Shown here: one piece after another, positions 62,428-64,000 of the stretch
Position numbering within the stretch: the stretch's first letter is position 1
Layout of the letters: each line of letters opens with the position of its first letter
Assembly: GCA_965655095.1 (NCBI GenBank)
Contig: OZ296652.1
Location: forward strand, 66,650,001-66,714,000
DNA: 64,000 nucleotides
Source of the DNA: Haplodiscus bocki
Taxonomy: Eukaryota
Direction of reading: 5' to 3'
Notes under the pieces: generated by a model
Told to the model about the DNA's origin: nothing
Seen by the model: the letters and a program-made list of their open reading frames with translations, nothing else
Database searches by the model: none
Translations under genes and position numbers: made by a program

Positions 62428-63860
62428 CTATCTTTCAAACTCAGAAACCACTCTATAGAATCCATCTTCCTGGCTTTCACCCATCGAACACAGAGCAATT
62501 TTTGATAGCATGAATTTTCCCGACATTGTTAATTGTGGACAATCAGGGCTATCAAAAAAACTGCTCTCGAACTCATCGTCTTTCCCTCGAAACTTGATCA
62601 ACGTAACATGAGGCCTGAAACTTGGGAAGTCACAAATTGGTTTGAGTTCATACTCTTCACAGAGCTCGTTCAGTTTTGAATGCAGCAGTTGAAGAGCACC
62701 CGATTGTAATTCCAAAACAGCAATTTGATTTCTGAAAGAAATTAACTTCATAGCAGCTGTATCGACTTCTATTGGTAAATGCAAAGGAGATAGAAGGTCT
62801 AAGTCGTCGATGTCTGACATCAACTGTATAGCCAATTCAAACTCACGCACTTTATCAATTCTTAACAGCCCAACAGTAATGTGTAAACTAACAGACGAAC
62901 ATTTGTTGAACTTTTCTGAATCTGGATGTAAATGAAAGTATTTTCGGCAAAATTCAGCGTGGTAATCAGTAAATTCTTGGTCTTCCAGTCGGAAACAAAA
63001 AAAGTAATTGGGCCGTATTCTCTCTGGTTCGTTCTTTTCGTCATCATGTACGTCAGTTATGTTTGATGATTCGGAAGAAACTTCTGCGTTTTCCAAGGCA
63101 TCAAGAAGCTCAGCTCCATCTTTTTCGCCACGTTTGAGAGCCCAGTCAACTTTGTAGATATCTTGGACAATTTCTTCCTTCTCAAAATTTGACGCATATT
63201 TCAAGAAGTCAAATTGATCACTGCCTGAAAAACAAGGAAATATCTGAATTTTGAAAGCCTTCCAGTCAGTCATGTTTCCCACAAAGGTTCGTTACGGAAG
63301 AATTTCTATTGAAAGATAAATGAAGTTCTAGTCCTTTTTAAACCACTCTAATACCTAAATATAAAAACATTATCTGCAACCAATCCATCCCTTATGAGAC
63401 GAAAGTGGACAAAAAAATCCATTCAATCTGCAAAAAATTACATACCAAGTTCAGCAACAATGTCTTGAATTTTCTTTTCATTTCCCGTAGAACCGAAGAT
63501 CAGATCAAGTCGTTGATTTTTGTCCCAAACTTTCCTGTCTTTATACTTGAAATACTGAATTCTGTGTTCCGGAATAGCGGAGGGATTACTGTTATGCTCG
63601 ACGTCACAAAGATCAGCTGACCAATCAAAACTGGTGAAGGGTTTTTCCACGACTCCCAAAAACCGATCCATATAGCCCACCAGAAAGTTCTCTCGCGGCA
63701 ACTGCTCGTCCCATTCAACTCTTTTCACAACCTCACTTGCAGTCTTCATACGAGGCAACTTTTCGGATAGTCCGCTATCTGCCTCATGTAACTGTTCTAG
63801 GCACGGAATCATAAAAAAACTTTGACCATTTATAAATTCATTCACATAACCTGACAACAA
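62428..63860 (-). CDS. LENG9: LENG9-like protein: MJ1316/DUF504 domain + AKAP7-like 2H phosphoesterase; 5' end unresolved
   Basis: MKTASEVVKRVEWD...GYMDRF...IPEHRIQYFKY...WDK (MJ1316); RPNYF, LHITV, PHVTL (2H); frame-preserving intron G|GTATGT...TTTTTCAG|GC at 63445-63225. Confidence 0.85.
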
Positions 63861-64000
63861 AGATTCAAACTCTACTCGCGATTAGAATGAAACTCGATTG
63901 CCAAAAATTACAAGAAGACGGCGGCTGCCGTCGCCATAATTTTTGCCCCACTGAAATATTTTGTGATCATATTTTGCAGTTTCTTTTAAATAAGAAAGTA

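Noticed and set aside
63908-63937. ATG GCG ACG... as LENG9 first exon
   Set aside because: The obvious GT/AG pair does not keep frame with the MJ1316 exon; unresolved

Overview
Eukaryotic (invertebrate-animal-like), AT-rich, repeat-rich genomic DNA; species cannot be fixed from sequence alone. Host genes, all on the minus strand and mostly intronless: two selenocysteine glutathione peroxidases (in-frame TGA plus a 3'UTR SECIS, both truncated in the ORF track), SLX1 (2 exons), GCDH, NIT2 and a LENG9-like MJ1316 + 2H-phosphoesterase gene. Mobile DNA fills most of the rest. A full-length but decayed 15.25-kb Polinton/Maverick (7694-22946) has AGTAGT termini, poly-G TIRs, a TATACA target-site duplication, pPolB, major and minor capsid, integrase and ATPase. 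There is also a decayed CR1/L2-type LINE, a decayed Helentron interrupted by a ~170-bp tandem array, and smaller relics. Most notable: (1) the Polinton integrase carries an N-terminal 2A-like (xVETNPGP) + PHD-finger module and lacks the usual C-terminal chromodomain; (2) the Polinton carries a degraded HUH-endonuclease/parvovirus-NS1-like Rep; (3) the first GPx has an 83-codon AUG-less in-frame upstream extension resembling a mitochondrial presequence; (4) the second GPx uses UGA both as Sec and as its stop, about 20 nt before its SECIS core. All protein assignments are by-eye motif recognition, with no database searches.
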